DNA of 64,000 bases from Hypanus sabinus (GCF_030144855.1 NC_082733.1:15996001-16060000); one strand, 5' to 3'; shown: positions 13,400-27,000, numbered from the stretch's first letter. Made by a program: numbers and translations. Notes: generated from the sequence alone by a model not told the origin.

Positions 13400-14000
13400 T
13401 GTTGCTGTTCAAAGAAGGGAATTGGGTGTCCTTGTAGACAGGTCACTGGAAATCAGCATTGTAGGTCCATCGAGGGATAAGAAGGCAAATACTTATACTT
13501 GTATTTGAATATAGGAGTGAGGATACATTATTGCACTTATATAGAGCTTTGATAAGGAGACGAAGATTGTGCACAATATCCCAGATGTATTCTTATCTAA
13601 GAAAGGATACACAAATAAAATTCAGTGAATGACGGCTCCATTTTCTGAAATTTAGAAGAATGATAATAGATCCTATTGAAAGTTAAGATTACAGTGCTTG
13701 ACTGGGTGGATGTTTCCCTAGCTGAGACATCTGGAGCTACAGGTTATACGTTTAGAGTAAGAGGTTATACGTTTAAATGTCAGATGAGGGGGAATTTTTT
13801 TTTCACTCAAAAAATAGTGAATCTTTCTAATCCTTGGTGTGGAGCACAACTGCTGATAGAGATTGAATGAGTTCTGGACATAAAGCACATTCAGCCTAGA
13901 TGGTACAGCAAAATAGCACAGAGGTAGCACTTCTACCATATTCTCATTGCATGCCGAAACAGGCTTGAAGGTCAACTCTGCCAGTTTCTAATGTCATTAT
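13400..14000 (+). mobile_element. CR1 3' fragment, old
   Basis: Degenerate EY.S.D.LL.LYRAL and MRGNFFFTQKIVNL motifs. Confidence 0.65.
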
Positions 14001-15175
14001 AATGAGCTCCATAAAAATAGATGCTTTCGCTGATTCAGTCACAGGTTGTTCAATAAATTGAACATTCAAGACAGTAATTAGTCCATAGTTGCTGTTGCAA
14101 AAATATTCTGTCCTTGTATATTTGTCCCATCATTAGCTCCCATAGAAATTTACCTTGAAACCATGTCTCCTGGTATCATTTTCCTAATGTGACTCAGAAG
14201 ATGTGAAAAGAGAAATATTTAATATCTTCTTGAGCTGTAAATGTACTTGAAATTCCATATATCTACCTAGTTGCAATTTTTGTTATTAAGTTATTTAAGC
14301 AAATTGCTGACCAGCTTGCATGTGGCAAGTTGTTAAGTGATTTTTGCAGTTACTTTTACTGTATAAATGGCAATAAATAGTATTAGACTGAAGGAAAATA
14401 GATCAAAATCGTTTTTGTATGTTAATTTAGATAAAAATGCTTCTCTAAATTATAATGGAGTAATCTTAATCTGGCGAAATCACAGTCTGCATTAATTAAA
14501 GTATGGTGCTTACTCAGTAGAAAGGGCTTGTGATTGAAAATAAATTTGTGGTAAATTCCTCTAAGGTAAGTAACTTTAAGGTTTCATGAATCTGACAGAT
14601 TACTAATTTTAGTTTGATCACAAATCAACATTACAGTTCCAACAGAGTATATATAAAAATATGTAATTTTAAACAGATAAAAGGCAATTCAAAGTGCATT
14701 TGTCATGTACGGAATGAGGAATCTGAGTTTAATGTGGGTAGGGATAATAGTGATACTTTTTAAAGTTAAATAAAATTAACAGATAAAATTTGATTTTATC
14801 ATGCTTATTGGGTCCTGTGTAAAATGATCCATGCTCACAGATTTCACCTGTATGAGACCCACATCTTTTCAGCTCTTGTCAGGGAAAGAGTCAATGTGGA
14901 GTTATGGGTACTTTACATACTTCCACCAGGGGGCACCAAAGTGATTTCCACAACCTTCTGCCCTCACATCAGTGGTACTGGAATTAATGGACACCCTAGT
15001 TCCATTGTAGCTGAGATCAGCTGACTCAAAGCAGTCCAGCTGTTGAACCTAGTATTTATTGGTCTGCAGTATTGCCTGTTAGGTAACATTATTACCAGCT
15101 GAAGACTGAACAAGTTTTTAACCTTCACTGAATCTGGCACGTATACTGAATGAAAACTCTCCATTTCGTTTCCAG

Positions 15176-15217
15176 AGCCATGCTGGGAATGATAATCCAG
15201 GGTGTGCTGTGATGTAA
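15176..15217 (+). CDS. lmnl3: Lamin terminal CaaX exon: SHAGNDNPGCAVM*
   Basis: Pyrimidine tract and acceptor ctctccatttcgtttccAG|AGC, then 13 codons ending Cys-Ala-Val-Met-TAA, a farnesylation CaaX box. The short CaaX-only last exon is the lamin pattern, and S-H...P-x-C-x-x-M resembles amphibian LIII as I recall it. Confidence 0.7.
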   Translation, partial: SHAGNDNPGCAVM

Positions 15218-16546
15218 TGTCAGAGAGGAATCCTTCAGAAGATGAATATAATTGTGGTACATCTTTTTTAATGATTATTGAATGTATCATGTACTTGGAA
15301 TATCCAAGTACATGTTTCCAAAGGAATGTATTTGATTTCAACTGCTTGTTAGGAGTGGTTATTGAAGAGAAATAATCTTGTCATCAAATAGATTCTGTTG
15401 ATTCAGTGCCATGCAAATATAAATGTGCATTTTTTTTTTACATGTTTTTGAAACTGTAGCGACTCATTAACTGAATTGACAGCTATGGTAAAATGAATTT
15501 GTACCTTTAAAATTCTACTTAATTTACACTTCTGTGTGTTAGTTTTGAAGAGCACTAATTTATTATAGAAATTAAGGGCAGTGGGTGTGGATACTTTGAT
15601 TTGAAACATCATAATCCAGTGTTGATTTAATTACAATACTAGCTTGGGAAAGAGCCAGCCCCACAACTCCAATCTAAATTGTTTCTGCTTGATGTAACCT
15701 GTCACTCTTTTCACTTTAGTAACTAGAGAAATGAATCTTTCCGAGCAAATGCCCCTTCCAAAGATTTTTTTTTAATGAGCTCCCATTGCTGAGAAGATTT
15801 TTATTGAAATACTGCTGAGCTTTCTCTACTTGATTCATTTAGGCATCTGTGCAAGTGAAAATGATACACATGCCTAATAAAATGTTGATTTCTTTAACAG
15901 AAATATGATAAACTCTGGAGAAATTATGGAAATTCTTAACATTTAATAGAAGTGGCCTTTAAATGTGTTTTGTCTCAATTTCATTTTTGTTTGTGACATT
16001 TAGAAATTGCATAAGTGTGTGTCACTCACTCTTCTGTTAAATTATTTATCTACTGATATAAAAAAATCATTACGATAAAAAATTCAGTAATGCTTGCCTT
16101 TTTTCAGATGTCAATGCTAGGCTTTACTACCTGGTGTGTAGAGCTAACGAGAACTGATGGCAGTGTCAGGTGACGTTGCCTACTTTTAATGAATTCTATT
16201 GAAGTCAGTGTCAGAGGCAGAATACAATTCGATGAGCCCTCCGCTTAGCGTGTTTAGAGTTATTGATGAGGATGAATATGTGAATGTATGTGTTTCGTTT
16301 TCATCCAGTTCTCAGTTTGTCTGTTTTCTCAGAGATTTTCTCTTTTTTTGTTCTTTGCCCCTTGCCTTCCAGTGCCAAAAAATGATAACCTTAGCTTATA
16401 AATTCATTTCACTGCTGTTCTGATTTAAAATTTTTATTATTTTGTTTCTATAAATAAATCACATCAATTGCATTTTTATGGTGTATTCAACACCTGACTG
16501 CTATTTATGAGCAAATGCTGACTTGAAATTTAAAATTATTAATAAA
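15218..16546 (+). other. Probable lamin 3' UTR with candidate poly(A) signals
   Basis: AT-rich stretch after the stop with no recognisable repeat; AATAAA at 15876, 16453 and 16541. The site actually used is unknown. Confidence 0.4.
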
Positions 16547-16874
16547 TATCTATGCAATGATCTTTTTGTTATCATGTGTACACGCATTGTGTTAGATTAT
16601 ATACACATATAGATCAAATTTATTGGACATAAATACACATCAACTTAACTACATTGCTGATTATTAACACTCTGAGGGGTCTGCTTGTTTCTTGCCAAAA
16701 TTCTGCATGTCCGTTTTGAGATTGTAATCCAAACTCAAACTGATTTAGAGATTTAACCTACATCTTGTCATGACAACATAATCCCAAATTTCTCATGGAT
16801 ATTGACTCCATAGAGATAATTTAAAGCAGGTGACAAGATCTTGTAATAAAAATATTTGATAAATCTGCTGCATA

Positions 16875-17070
16875 TGTGAAAGGAATTTGTATGTTCTTCC
16901 CTGTGACCGAGTAGGTTTCCTTTGGGTGCTCCAGTTTCCTCTAACACTCCAAAGATGTACTGGTTGGTATATAAATTGGTCATTGTAAGGCTCGGCTTAA
17001 ATTAGGGGTTGTGGGGCAGCACAAATTTAAGGATGGGATGGGCCAATTCTGCACTGAATCTCAGTAAATC
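16875..17070 (+). mobile_element. V-domain SINE (HE1-like) fragment
   Basis: tttgtatgttct.ccctgtgacc....ggtttcc..tgggtgctccagtttcctc..acactccaaaga core, shared with many copies in the window. Confidence 0.7.
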
Positions 17071-17539
17071 TCGAGGCTTACGTTTCACAGAAATTTATTG
17101 GGATCTTGGGAACTTGTGACTGTAGACCAGAGGTGTCAGTAACAAAGGCAGCAGTGGAATAATGGGAAAAAAATTAGGGAGGGAGTTTTATGAGGAAATT
17201 AATGTCAGTGCATTGGCTGAGTTGCCTGTCATGGTGACTTGCACATCAGCACCAATTAATTTTCTTCCATTGTTGTACCTGGGTTCTTGTTTGAAGATTC
17301 AATTGTCCTATCTAATTGCATTAGATTTACAGTGTGCAGTGGTTTTAAGGTTAGATTAGGATTCTTCATAGCTCACCTTGCATCTTTTTTCCCCAATCAT
17401 TTTGTTTTTGCAAATGTTTGATTCTGCACAGCCACAGAATCACAGAACACAGCCTCCATTCGGCATTCCTGCAAGGAGATCCTTGGAATGAACCAAAATA
17501 AAAAACACAGTACTTCCTGACAAACCTCATCCATCAGTA

Positions 17540-18315
17540 TAACCATATAACAATTACAGCACGGAAACAGGCCATTTCAGCCCTTCTAGTCCGTGCCGAC
17601 ACTTACACTCACCTAGTCCCACTGGCCCGCACTCAGCCCATAATCCTCCATTCCTTTCCTGTCCATATACCTATCCAATTTTACTTTAAATGACAATACT
17701 GAACCTGCCTCTACCACTTTTACTGGAAGCTCATTCCACACAGCTACCACTCGTTGTGTAAAGAAATTCCCCCTTGTGTTACCCTTAAACTTTTTCCCCC
17801 TAACTCTCAAGTCATGTCCTCTTGTTTGAATCTCCCCTACTCTCAATGGAAAAAGCCTATCCACGTCAACTCGATCGATCCCCCTCGTTATTTTAAATAC
17901 CTCTATCAAGTCCCCACTCAACCTTCTATGCTCCAAAGGATAAAGACCTAACTTGTTCAGCCTTTCCCTGTAACTTAGGTGCTGAAACCCAGGTAACATC
18001 CTAGTAAATCTCCTCTGTACTCTCTCTATTCTGTTGACATCTTTCCTATAATTCGGTGACCAGAACTGTACACAATACTCCAAATTTGGCCTTGCCAATG
18101 CCTTGTACAATTTTAACATTACATCCCAACTCCTATACTCAATGCTCTGATTTATAAAGGCCAGCATACCAAAAGCTTTCTTCACCACCCTATCCACATG
18201 AGATTCCACCTTCAGGGAAGTATGCACCATTATTCATAGATCACTCTGTTCTACTGCATTTTTGAATGCCCTAACATTTACCATGTATGTCCTATTTGGA
18301 TTATTCCTACCAAAG
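17540..18315 (-). mobile_element. Young CR1 3' end (RT C-terminal 205 aa still open)
   Basis: ORF 17613-18230 LYKALARPNLEYCVQFWSP...FFTQRVV; short-repeat tail near 17540. Confidence 0.93.
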
Positions 18316-19035
18316 ATGGAGGTGTATGGCCTAGTTGAGTTTATGAAACTGTCAGTTGCATAGTATTAATGTAAATTCACTCAAAACAAAAAAATGTTGT
18401 TTATGGAGCAAAGGAAACAGAAACTATCAAATTTTCCAAAAAAAACAGTCCACCACCACAGAAAACTGCATTGCTGCTACTCAGAAATTATGGGCTCAAA
18501 TTTGGTTCCTCATGATATTGTGGCTGGTTGATGGTAGAATTACACAAACATCTTGACTCTGACAGGTTATATCATTAATACTGTCAATATCATCAATAAA
18601 ATCAATATTCAATACCACAAAGTAGAAGAGTGCTACTGCTGTCATTGCCAAAAATAACTTAAGCAACAGGTCCTGGAACACGTGCACTCATATGACTCAA
18701 ACAGATTTATGTTTTGTTGGTGCCCGAGCGGAACAGCATGGCCTCTGTCACCCGTAGGGTTCTGAACTCTGTGCAGAAAACTGCTATGTTTCTACAAAAT
18801 CGGCATATCGGTTACAGAAATTGACCATTTGGTAAATTGTTTGTATTTGAATTCCTTACTTGCAGGATCAATCATCATTCACAAGAGAGATTCAAAAGTC
18901 AATAGGAGCTACAAGCTGACACATTGAATTTAGTAAAGCCATTGTCCCTTACTTACTGGGAGTATTTCACATTTTTCTGTATTCCTATCTCGTCTGTCTC
19001 TGGCACCCCTTATTGTGTAAAGGGACACTATGTTT

Positions 19036-19627
19036 TAGACAATAGACAATAGGTGCAGAAGTAGACCATTCGGCCCTTCGAGCCTGCACCGCCATTTTGA
19101 GATCATAGCTGATCATTTACTATCAATACCCGGTTCCTGCCTTGTCCCCACATCCCTTGATTCCCCTATCCATAAGATACCTATCTAGCTCCTTCCTGAA
19201 AGCATCCAGAGAATTGGCCTCCACTACCTTCCAAGGCAGTGCATTCCAGACCCCCACAACTCTCTGGGAGAAGAAGTTTTTCCTTAACTCTGTCCTAAAT
19301 GACCTACCCCTTATTCTCAAACCATGCCCTCTGGTACTGGACTCTCCCAGCATCTGGAACATATTTCCTGCCTCTATCTTGTCCAATCCCTTAATAATCT
19401 TATATGTTTCAATCAGATCCCCTCTCAATCTCCTTAATTCCAGTGTGTACAAGCCCAGTCTCTCTAACCTCTCTGCGTAAGACAGTCCAGACATCCCAGG
19501 AATTAACCTCGTGAATCTACGCTGCACTTCCTCTACAGCCAGGATGTCCTTCCTTAACCCTGGAGACCAAAACTGTACACAATACTCCAGGTGTGGTCTC
19601 ACCAGGGCTCTGTACAAATGCAAGAGG
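19036..19627 (-). mobile_element. Young CR1 3' end
   Basis: ORF 19123-19683 LYRALVRPHLEYCVQFWSP...FFSQRVV; (tagacaa)n tail on +. Confidence 0.93.
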
Positions 19628-20849
19628 AAAACCTTTCTGAAAAGTCTCACGACAGAGACCTCATTCTTCTGGCTTGAGTACACAGTGCTGCTGTCAACCC
19701 AGTCTATCTCCTCTGAGTAAGCAGATGTGTGTCCAGCAGTCTCACTTCAAAGGTCCTGTGTGACTGCAGCTTTTCTGGGCAATGCTTGCCTGGACATTTT
19801 CTTTAACCCTTGCCTTACCACAACTTCCACACTGCTGCCCTGCTTACATAAGAATACTTCTTCTCTCGCTCCGGTGGGATGCAAAGCTTCAGAAACACCT
19901 CTTTCCTGACCAGCAAAATGTGACAACATACAAGGCAGGGGAATGACACTTTAGCCTAACCTTAGACCTATCATACTGGTCGCAGTTATAGAGAACCATG
20001 GAAGTATAGTGTTGTCCTGTCCAATCACCCATCTGTATTATCTTATACACCATGCTACTCAAATTGCCAATAGATTAAATTATTACCTCACAGTACTCAG
20101 TATTAAGACTGTGCTTTACAGTCTCCAATGCTCGGCATATTCTAAGAGATGTTATCAACACAGTACTGCTTCTTTAAAATCCTTACCAAGTTTGAGCATT
20201 AACTAGTAGTTGATGTGTCTTTGCTGAAGCTCTTTAGATCCCAAGTAGCACAACACGATCATTTCATGGGGAGTACTGGCAATGTCCGACTTGTGTATGT
20301 GAGTGTCTTCTTGAATATTGTTCAGTAACGTGCATGTGTTTCACCTGAGACTCTGACACCCAGAAAAAATAGGAAGGATCGAACTTGCCTCGTGCTCAGC
20401 AATTCCTGGCTGGGAGCAGCATTCACTTGGTGCTGAACTGATTGTACAAATGAGACAGCTTCCCTCTTTATCTATTAGTCATCCCCTTTGAGCAAGTGAT
20501 AATCCACCACCACGTTCTTTGGCTAACCTATCAGATTGTACAAGTCACCCATATCTGTCCAAGTGTCACAGCTCCATGTATGCTTGCAAAATCGACAGAA
20601 GCATCTGAGAAAATGTGTGTCTGATGACATCTTAACTTTGAATGCGATGCATGGGACTGGTACCCATCGCAAGTATTTCTAATTTTATGGGTGACTAAGT
20701 TCAGCAAGTCTTTCATCCACCTTGACCCGTGCGTCTTACGCATTGAGTTCAAAGCCCCAGGGTAACAGAATTTTCAAGTTATTTCCCGAAGTTTATGCCT
20801 TACTTTGCAATCCCAAATAAAGCCACAGTTAATCCAATAACGCCCGTGA

Positions 20850-22680
20850 GGACTTTACCTTTTGCACGACAAAAGGTAGTGGATTCAGCCCAGTACAACA
20901 CAGGTAAAGCCCTCGCAAACATTGAGTGCATTTATATGTAACACTGTCATAAGAAAGCAGCACCCATCATCAGAGATCCCCACCCCACAGGTCATGCTAT
21001 TTTCTCACTGCCACCATCAGGTAGGTTCAAGAGCCTCAGGACTTGCACCAACCACCAGATTCAAGAACAGTTACTACCTGTCAACTGTTGGTCTCTTGAA
21101 CAAGAAGGGATAAATCTCCTGGACCTGATGGAATGCACCTTTGGGATCTGAAGGAAGCAACTGGAAGAGCTTACAGAGGCATTAACGATGACCTTTCAAG
21201 AATCGATAGATTCCGGCATTGTAGCGGATGACTGGAAAACTCCAATTGTTATTCTGCTATTTAAGAAGGTTGGGAGGCAGCAGAAAGGGAAACTATAGAC
21301 CTGTTAGCCTGACATCAGTGGTTGAGAAGTTGTTGGAATGGATTGTTAGAAATGAGGTTACGGAGTACCTGGAGGCACATAAGATAGGCAAAAGCCAGCA
21401 TGGTTTCCTGAAAGGAAAATCCTGCCTGACAAACATACTGCAATTTTCTGAGGAAATTACAAGCAGAGTAGACAAAGGCGATGCAGTAGATGTGGTGTAC
21501 TTGGATTTTCAGAAGGCCTTTGACAAGGTACTGCACATGTGGCTGCTTTGCAAGGTAAGAGCCCATGGAATTACAGGGAAGTTATTAACATGGGTGGAGC
21601 ATTGGCTCATTGGCAGGAAACAGTGGGAATAAAGGGATCCTATTTTGGCTGGCTGCTGGTTACCAGTGGAGTTCCACAGGAGTCAGAGATGGGACCACTG
21701 CTTTTTACAATCTATGTCAATGATTTGGACTATGAGATAAATGGATTTGTGGCTAAATTTGCTGATGATGCAAAGATAGGTGGAGGAGCGGGTAGTGTTG
21801 AGGAAACAGAGAGTCTGCAGAGGGACTTAGTTTAGGGGAATGGGCAAAGAAGCGGCAAATGAAATACAATGTTGGAGAGTGCATGGTCATATACTTTGGT
21901 AGAAGAAATAAACAGGCAGATTATTATTTAGATGGGGAGCGAATTCAAAATGCAGGGATACAAAGGGACTTGGGAGTCCTTGTGCAAGATACCCTAAAGG
22001 TTAACCTCCAGGTTGAGTCGGTGGTAAAGAAGGCGAATGCAACGTAGGCATTCATTTCTAGAGGTACAGAATATAAGAGCAGGGATTCTAGGACAAGAGG
22101 GCACAACTTCAGGATTGAAGGATGTCCATTTAGAACTGAGATGAGGAGAAATTAGTCAGAGGGTGGTAAAACTGTAATTTATTGCCACAAGTGACTGTGG
22201 AGGCCAAGTCATTGGGTGCATTTAAGGCAGAGATAGATAGATTCTTGATTAGCTAGGACATCAAAGGGTATGGGGAGAAGGCAGGGGAGATGAATGGAAG
22301 AATTGGATCAGCCCATGATTGAATGGCAGAGCAGACTGAATGGGCTGAATGACCTACTTCTGCTCCTATATCTTATGGTCTTAAGAGATAAATACACTCA
22401 CTTACCCCATCATTGAGATGATCACACAACCAAAGATCTCTCTTTAAGGTTTCTGTCTCATTATGTCATGTTCTTGTTATTTATTGCTATTGGTTTATAT
22501 TTGCATTTGCACAGTTTGTTGTCTTTTGCACTCTGGGTGATTCTTCATTGATCCTGTTATAGTTAATTATTCTATAGATTTGCTGAGTATTCACAGTAGG
22601 AAAAGAAAATTAGGGTTGTATATGGTGACATGTATTTAGATAAAAAAATTACTTTGACTTCCAACATTTGAACTTTGAGA
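20850..22680 (+). mobile_element. Rex1/Babar-like LINE 3' end, split by the CR1 at 21114-22383
   Basis: cagagatccccaccccacaggtcatgct...accaccagattcaagaacagttactac and the A/T-rich 3' UTR match the minus-strand copy at 41140-41700. Confidence 0.7.
21114..22383 (+). mobile_element. CR1 RT region and 3' end with an internal deletion near 22085
   Basis: GNYRPVSLTS, SQHGFLKGKSCLTN, YLDFQKAFDKV, GVPQ, KFADD; tail tcttatggtctt. Confidence 0.92.
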
Positions 22681-23935
22681 ATGTAATCCAATTAATTCCA
22701 TTCTGATTACCTGGAGTATGTGGTATAACTCCTGTGATAATCTAAGAAGTTACTTTAAGGGCTACTGGTGCCTGAGATTAGATGAATAATTCTGAATTTG
22801 CAAAGTGATCCCTTTACTTCCTCTGAAGCGCATAGCCTGTTAGTTGGCAGATAGGGACACTTCAATTAAGCTTTAGCACATGGCCTATTTCTATGATCTT
22901 AAAGTGCACCTTGTCAGTTGTAGATTCAGTATGTGTATTCATAAATTTGGTTTTCAGTCTAAACATCAGTTTGAAGTTAAATTGCTGCTGTAATTTATAC
23001 TTTTCACACCTATATTAATCATCTATTGAAAATAAATGTATTTCAGTTTCCAGTTATTATTCACACGTACAAAATATTCCACTGTGTCACATTATTTTTA
23101 TTGTTTTACAAGTCTGGCAATTTCAGTTTTTTTTTACATTTCAACAGGCAGCAAAACCTAAACATTTCTTAATAATAAAATTGTCAAAACTCAGAAAACT
23201 GAAAACAATATCACAATGAAAGATTAACAGTTATGGTAGTTGGTTGTATAGTTTGTATTAAAATGATATTCTGAAGTTCAATCGTTATTAAAAAATAAGC
23301 AAATCTTGTTTTTAAGTTTTCAAGGACAATGTATTTGACAACCCAGGAGTACAATGAACCCATTAACAATTTTTTTTTGCTCATTACTTGGTTGTGGCAC
23401 ACTATAAATTCTAAAAGCCCTAGAGATTGAGTAGTTCATGTGTCCTGAAGCACCGTAGTCAGCAGCAACAAGATCCCACCAGTGCTAAGTCTACAGCACA
23501 ATATGATTCAATTCCAGCAAGATCCTCATTAAAGAAATATAGCATCTAAAATTAATATAACAGAGTGAGAGAGTTACTTCCTATCTGGTCATTTTAATCT
23601 TCGCCATGAGAAAGTTGCTTTAATTTTACCAGCTAATTCAAAACCCATCAATGTGCTCAGTTAAATTACAGAAGAACTCTCAAGGCGGACAATAAAAGGT
23701 ATAAAGAAGCATTGGTTTACCACCAGTTGTAATAGTGATCTTTGTCTCATTTTCCATTAACTGATTATAACAAATAGTCCGCAATCAAGCAAAGTAGCAG
23801 GATGCTTACTAACAAGCCTAGTTCATTGAAAAGTTGTGGTATAACATCAACTCATCTTTGCGTTATTATTTTCTGTAACTTACAAGTTTGGTCCCTCTTT
23901 CAGCTGCAGAACATTCAAGGCAGTTCCTAGTAAAG

Positions 23936-24094
23936 TTAGACTATAGTCTCTTTAGAAATGATAATACTTGAGTTTTGAGTTATGAGGTTTGGCTGGTTGC
24001 TGAAGAATACATGCGATCTTGGAATAAGCAGTTTAACCTTCTGGTTGGTCCGTCTCCACTCTTTCAGCAGGCGCATATGATATCGGAAAGAAGC
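23936..24094 (-). CDS. marchf3: MARCHF3-like last coding exon: [52 protein letters not shown]
   Basis: Acceptor ttaatcttggctctAG|GCT; SFRYH...EWRRTNQKV family motif; class I PDZ-binding end. This frame is not in the ORF track. Confidence 0.92.
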   Translation of the reverse strand, partial: ASFRYHMRLLKEWRRTNQKVKLLIPRSHVFFSNQPNLITQNSSIIISKETIV

Positions 24095-27000
24095 CTAGAG
24101 CCAAGATTAAAAAATCATTAGATTGTTGGTTAGTATTGTATGTTATCAGTAGACCAGACTTTTGTAAATTGCATTGTTCGCTTCTACTTAGCAATATTCG
24201 AAAATCCACTGTAGCCCTTGGCAACGCTTTCCCAAACTCAATCTCACCTCATGTTTTATATTGTATCTATGAGAGGGTGAATGATAGAGAAGAGAAGATA
24301 TAAGAATATAATTGTAGTTTTTTTAAATGGGGAACACAAAGACCCAGACTGCCACTTGTGTTTCCTATGCCAATGAAGGAAGGACATTCAGCCCATCAAA
24401 TATATGGAAGCTCTCACCGCAATCCCGTTGATCCTATTTCCCTCTTGCTTTCTACTCGTGTGTCTGTCCAGTCTCCCAATTGTCCTGCCACTTAATTACA
24501 TCAGAGTAATTTACAGTGGCCAATTAGTCTACTAATCAACACCTCTTTGACAATAGACAATAGATGCAGAAGTAGACCATTCAGTCCTTCAAGCCTGCAC
24601 CGCCATTCTGAGATCATGGCTGATCATCTACTGGAGTAATGATAAACTGGAGTAATGATTTGGAATAAACTGGAGCACCCAAGGCAAACCTGAGTTAGTT
24701 GGAGTTGCAAAGCAACAGCCCCACCTGCTGAGCCACCATTCTGCACATACGGTACAAATACATAAATACGAAATGCATGTTGATGTTATCTACTTACAGT
24801 CGTCCAGAGGATGTAAATGGTAATTAGCACAGCTGAAAGGATAAGAAGTCCAACTGCTTCTATGCTGCTACTGAAGTAAAAATGGTCAATAGTTCCTTGG
24901 ACACACAGCCAACCTGACAATGTAGCCAACGGCGTAATGAAGAGAAAACAGATAATGTCTCCATATAGCATTCTCCTTGTATGTTGTAGTGTAGGATCTA
25001 TCAGCCACTGGAAAACACACATAAATATTGAATAGTAAACTTTAGTATTGTTGATTAATTATATGGTGATAATAACCAATAATATCCTGGATTACCAATA
25101 TGTCTTTAGTGCAGTGAGACAGTGGGGGGAGCCCAGTGGTGCAGTCAACAGAGTGTTGCTTCAATCCTGTTTCCCTGTCACCGGGAGGACCACGGTGGTT
25201 ACAGGGATCTTCAGTGTGGATTTTGTATGTCCTCCCTTTGACCCCGGGATCTTTTCACATCCCAAAGATGTGCAGGTTCACGAGTTGATTGCCCATTGTT
25301 ATTTGCCCCTATGTGGTAGAAGTTAGGAGGCAGGTGAAGGCAATGGGGTGAGAAGAAAATGGGACTGATGTAATTGAGTGTTTGATGGTTAGCACGGACT
25401 TAGTGATCAAAGAGTGTGATGCCACGCTGTGTGCCTAAGGGCAAACTTACAGAAAATCTACTGGTACGTATCTCATGCTAGTGTTCACATCAAAGCAAAT
25501 GGTACATAAGACTAGGGCATCATTTAGATAGTGAATTATAACCTGTTCTAATTTTAACATGCTGCATTATAACATTTGGTGTTACAAATCGCAATGTGCC
25601 CCTCTGAGGCTGCAAAGCAGCTGTGATAGAAAGCCAATGGATGATTGGATCGAGAAGAGTTCCATCCATACTTGACCACCCAGTTCAGCGGTCAGTATGG
25701 GGTAGGGGAAGGGGGGGTGGAAATTAGAGCTAGCGGCATATCTGGCTCATTATGACACATAGTTGAAGTGGAGATGAGTCGTTCAGATGCTACCTGACCT
25801 GCTGAGTATTCCAAGCATTTAGAAAATCTGTATCCGCTGTACTGTTCTTTTGCTGCATCATTTTGAGTCCAGCGTGACTGGACACCACACATCAGATTTC
25901 ATACTTTCACACGTTAGTCTGCTTTATCCTTTCTTAGTCACTGTTGCTGTGTAGGTTACCTCTGAGATTGGCCTTGACGTTCGTTCCAGAGAAAATTCGA
26001 AGTGGCACAGTTCACAGTGGCTGGAACAGGAAGCAGCCAGCCACTGCTCCAGGCAACTGCGATGAACAGCCCCCAGAGTCCCTGAACATTCACATGGGGA
26101 CAGCAGGCTTTCCTTATCGCTCGGTTCATGGCAAATTCTGCAGATTGGAATATCACTACACAGAATGAAAAGAAATAGGCTTGACAATTATTTTCTTTAA
26201 TTAAAAATGACGGCTTAAATTTCACAATTCATCTGCCCAGGTCACTGACTATCTTGCAATAACTGTTTCTAAAGCCAGTTTAGTGAATTGACAGCCAACT
26301 TTACAATTCATTCTCCCATCCCCTGACTCAAAGACAAAGAAAGTAAATACATATGTAAAACAAACTGGCCACAAGGGCTATTTAACATTCCAGTACAAAT
26401 AGCCCAATAAGCCACAGCTGGAGGATTGAGTCCAATTCTAGGCACCACAAGATATGAGGCATAACAACCAAAGATTTTTTTTCTCTCTAAATACACAACA
26501 AATACTCTAAAATGTGCTGCCTAAAAGCAAAGTGGAAGCAGATTTCAAAGGGAAATTTTGGATACATACTCGAAGGGGGAATTTCGCAGACCACCGTGCA
26601 GATTCAACGGCCAAAAGGATTTAAAATATTTCTGTAATTTTCCTGAGAGGGTATAGATTATCTGGAGCATCGTGGGATCTTTAGATTAAATACCTAAAGC
26701 AGAAGACTCACTGGATTTTCAATCAGTAAATTATAAGGGAATTAATTTCAGGTAACTGAATAAATTTAGTTAAAACTGACATTTGGTTGGATCCAAGAAA
26801 AGTTTGTAGTAAATCTGTTAAAAGTATTAATTCATGGAGAGCACCCAGATGTTGCTGGATTTGGGGGATCAAACCATACAATATGTCCCGAACAATATTC
26901 AATTGTGCCCTGTCTGTGGGGATACTTGGGCTACTGTAGTGCAAGGCACAACCTAAATGTTTTAACAGACACAGTGCACGACTGAATATTTTTCTCAACA

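Noticed and set aside
18356-18420. LKTKKCCLWS basic plus CC motif downstream of the lamin
   Set aside because: No stop after the CxxX position and no acceptor in frame.
17613-19683. Long open ORFs of 205 aa and 186 aa as possible genes
   Set aside because: Both are C-terminal RT fragments of young 5'-truncated CR1 copies.
24033-24224. ORF-track 63-aa peptide MPRATVDF...
   Set aside because: Wrong frame overlapping the real MARCHF last exon.
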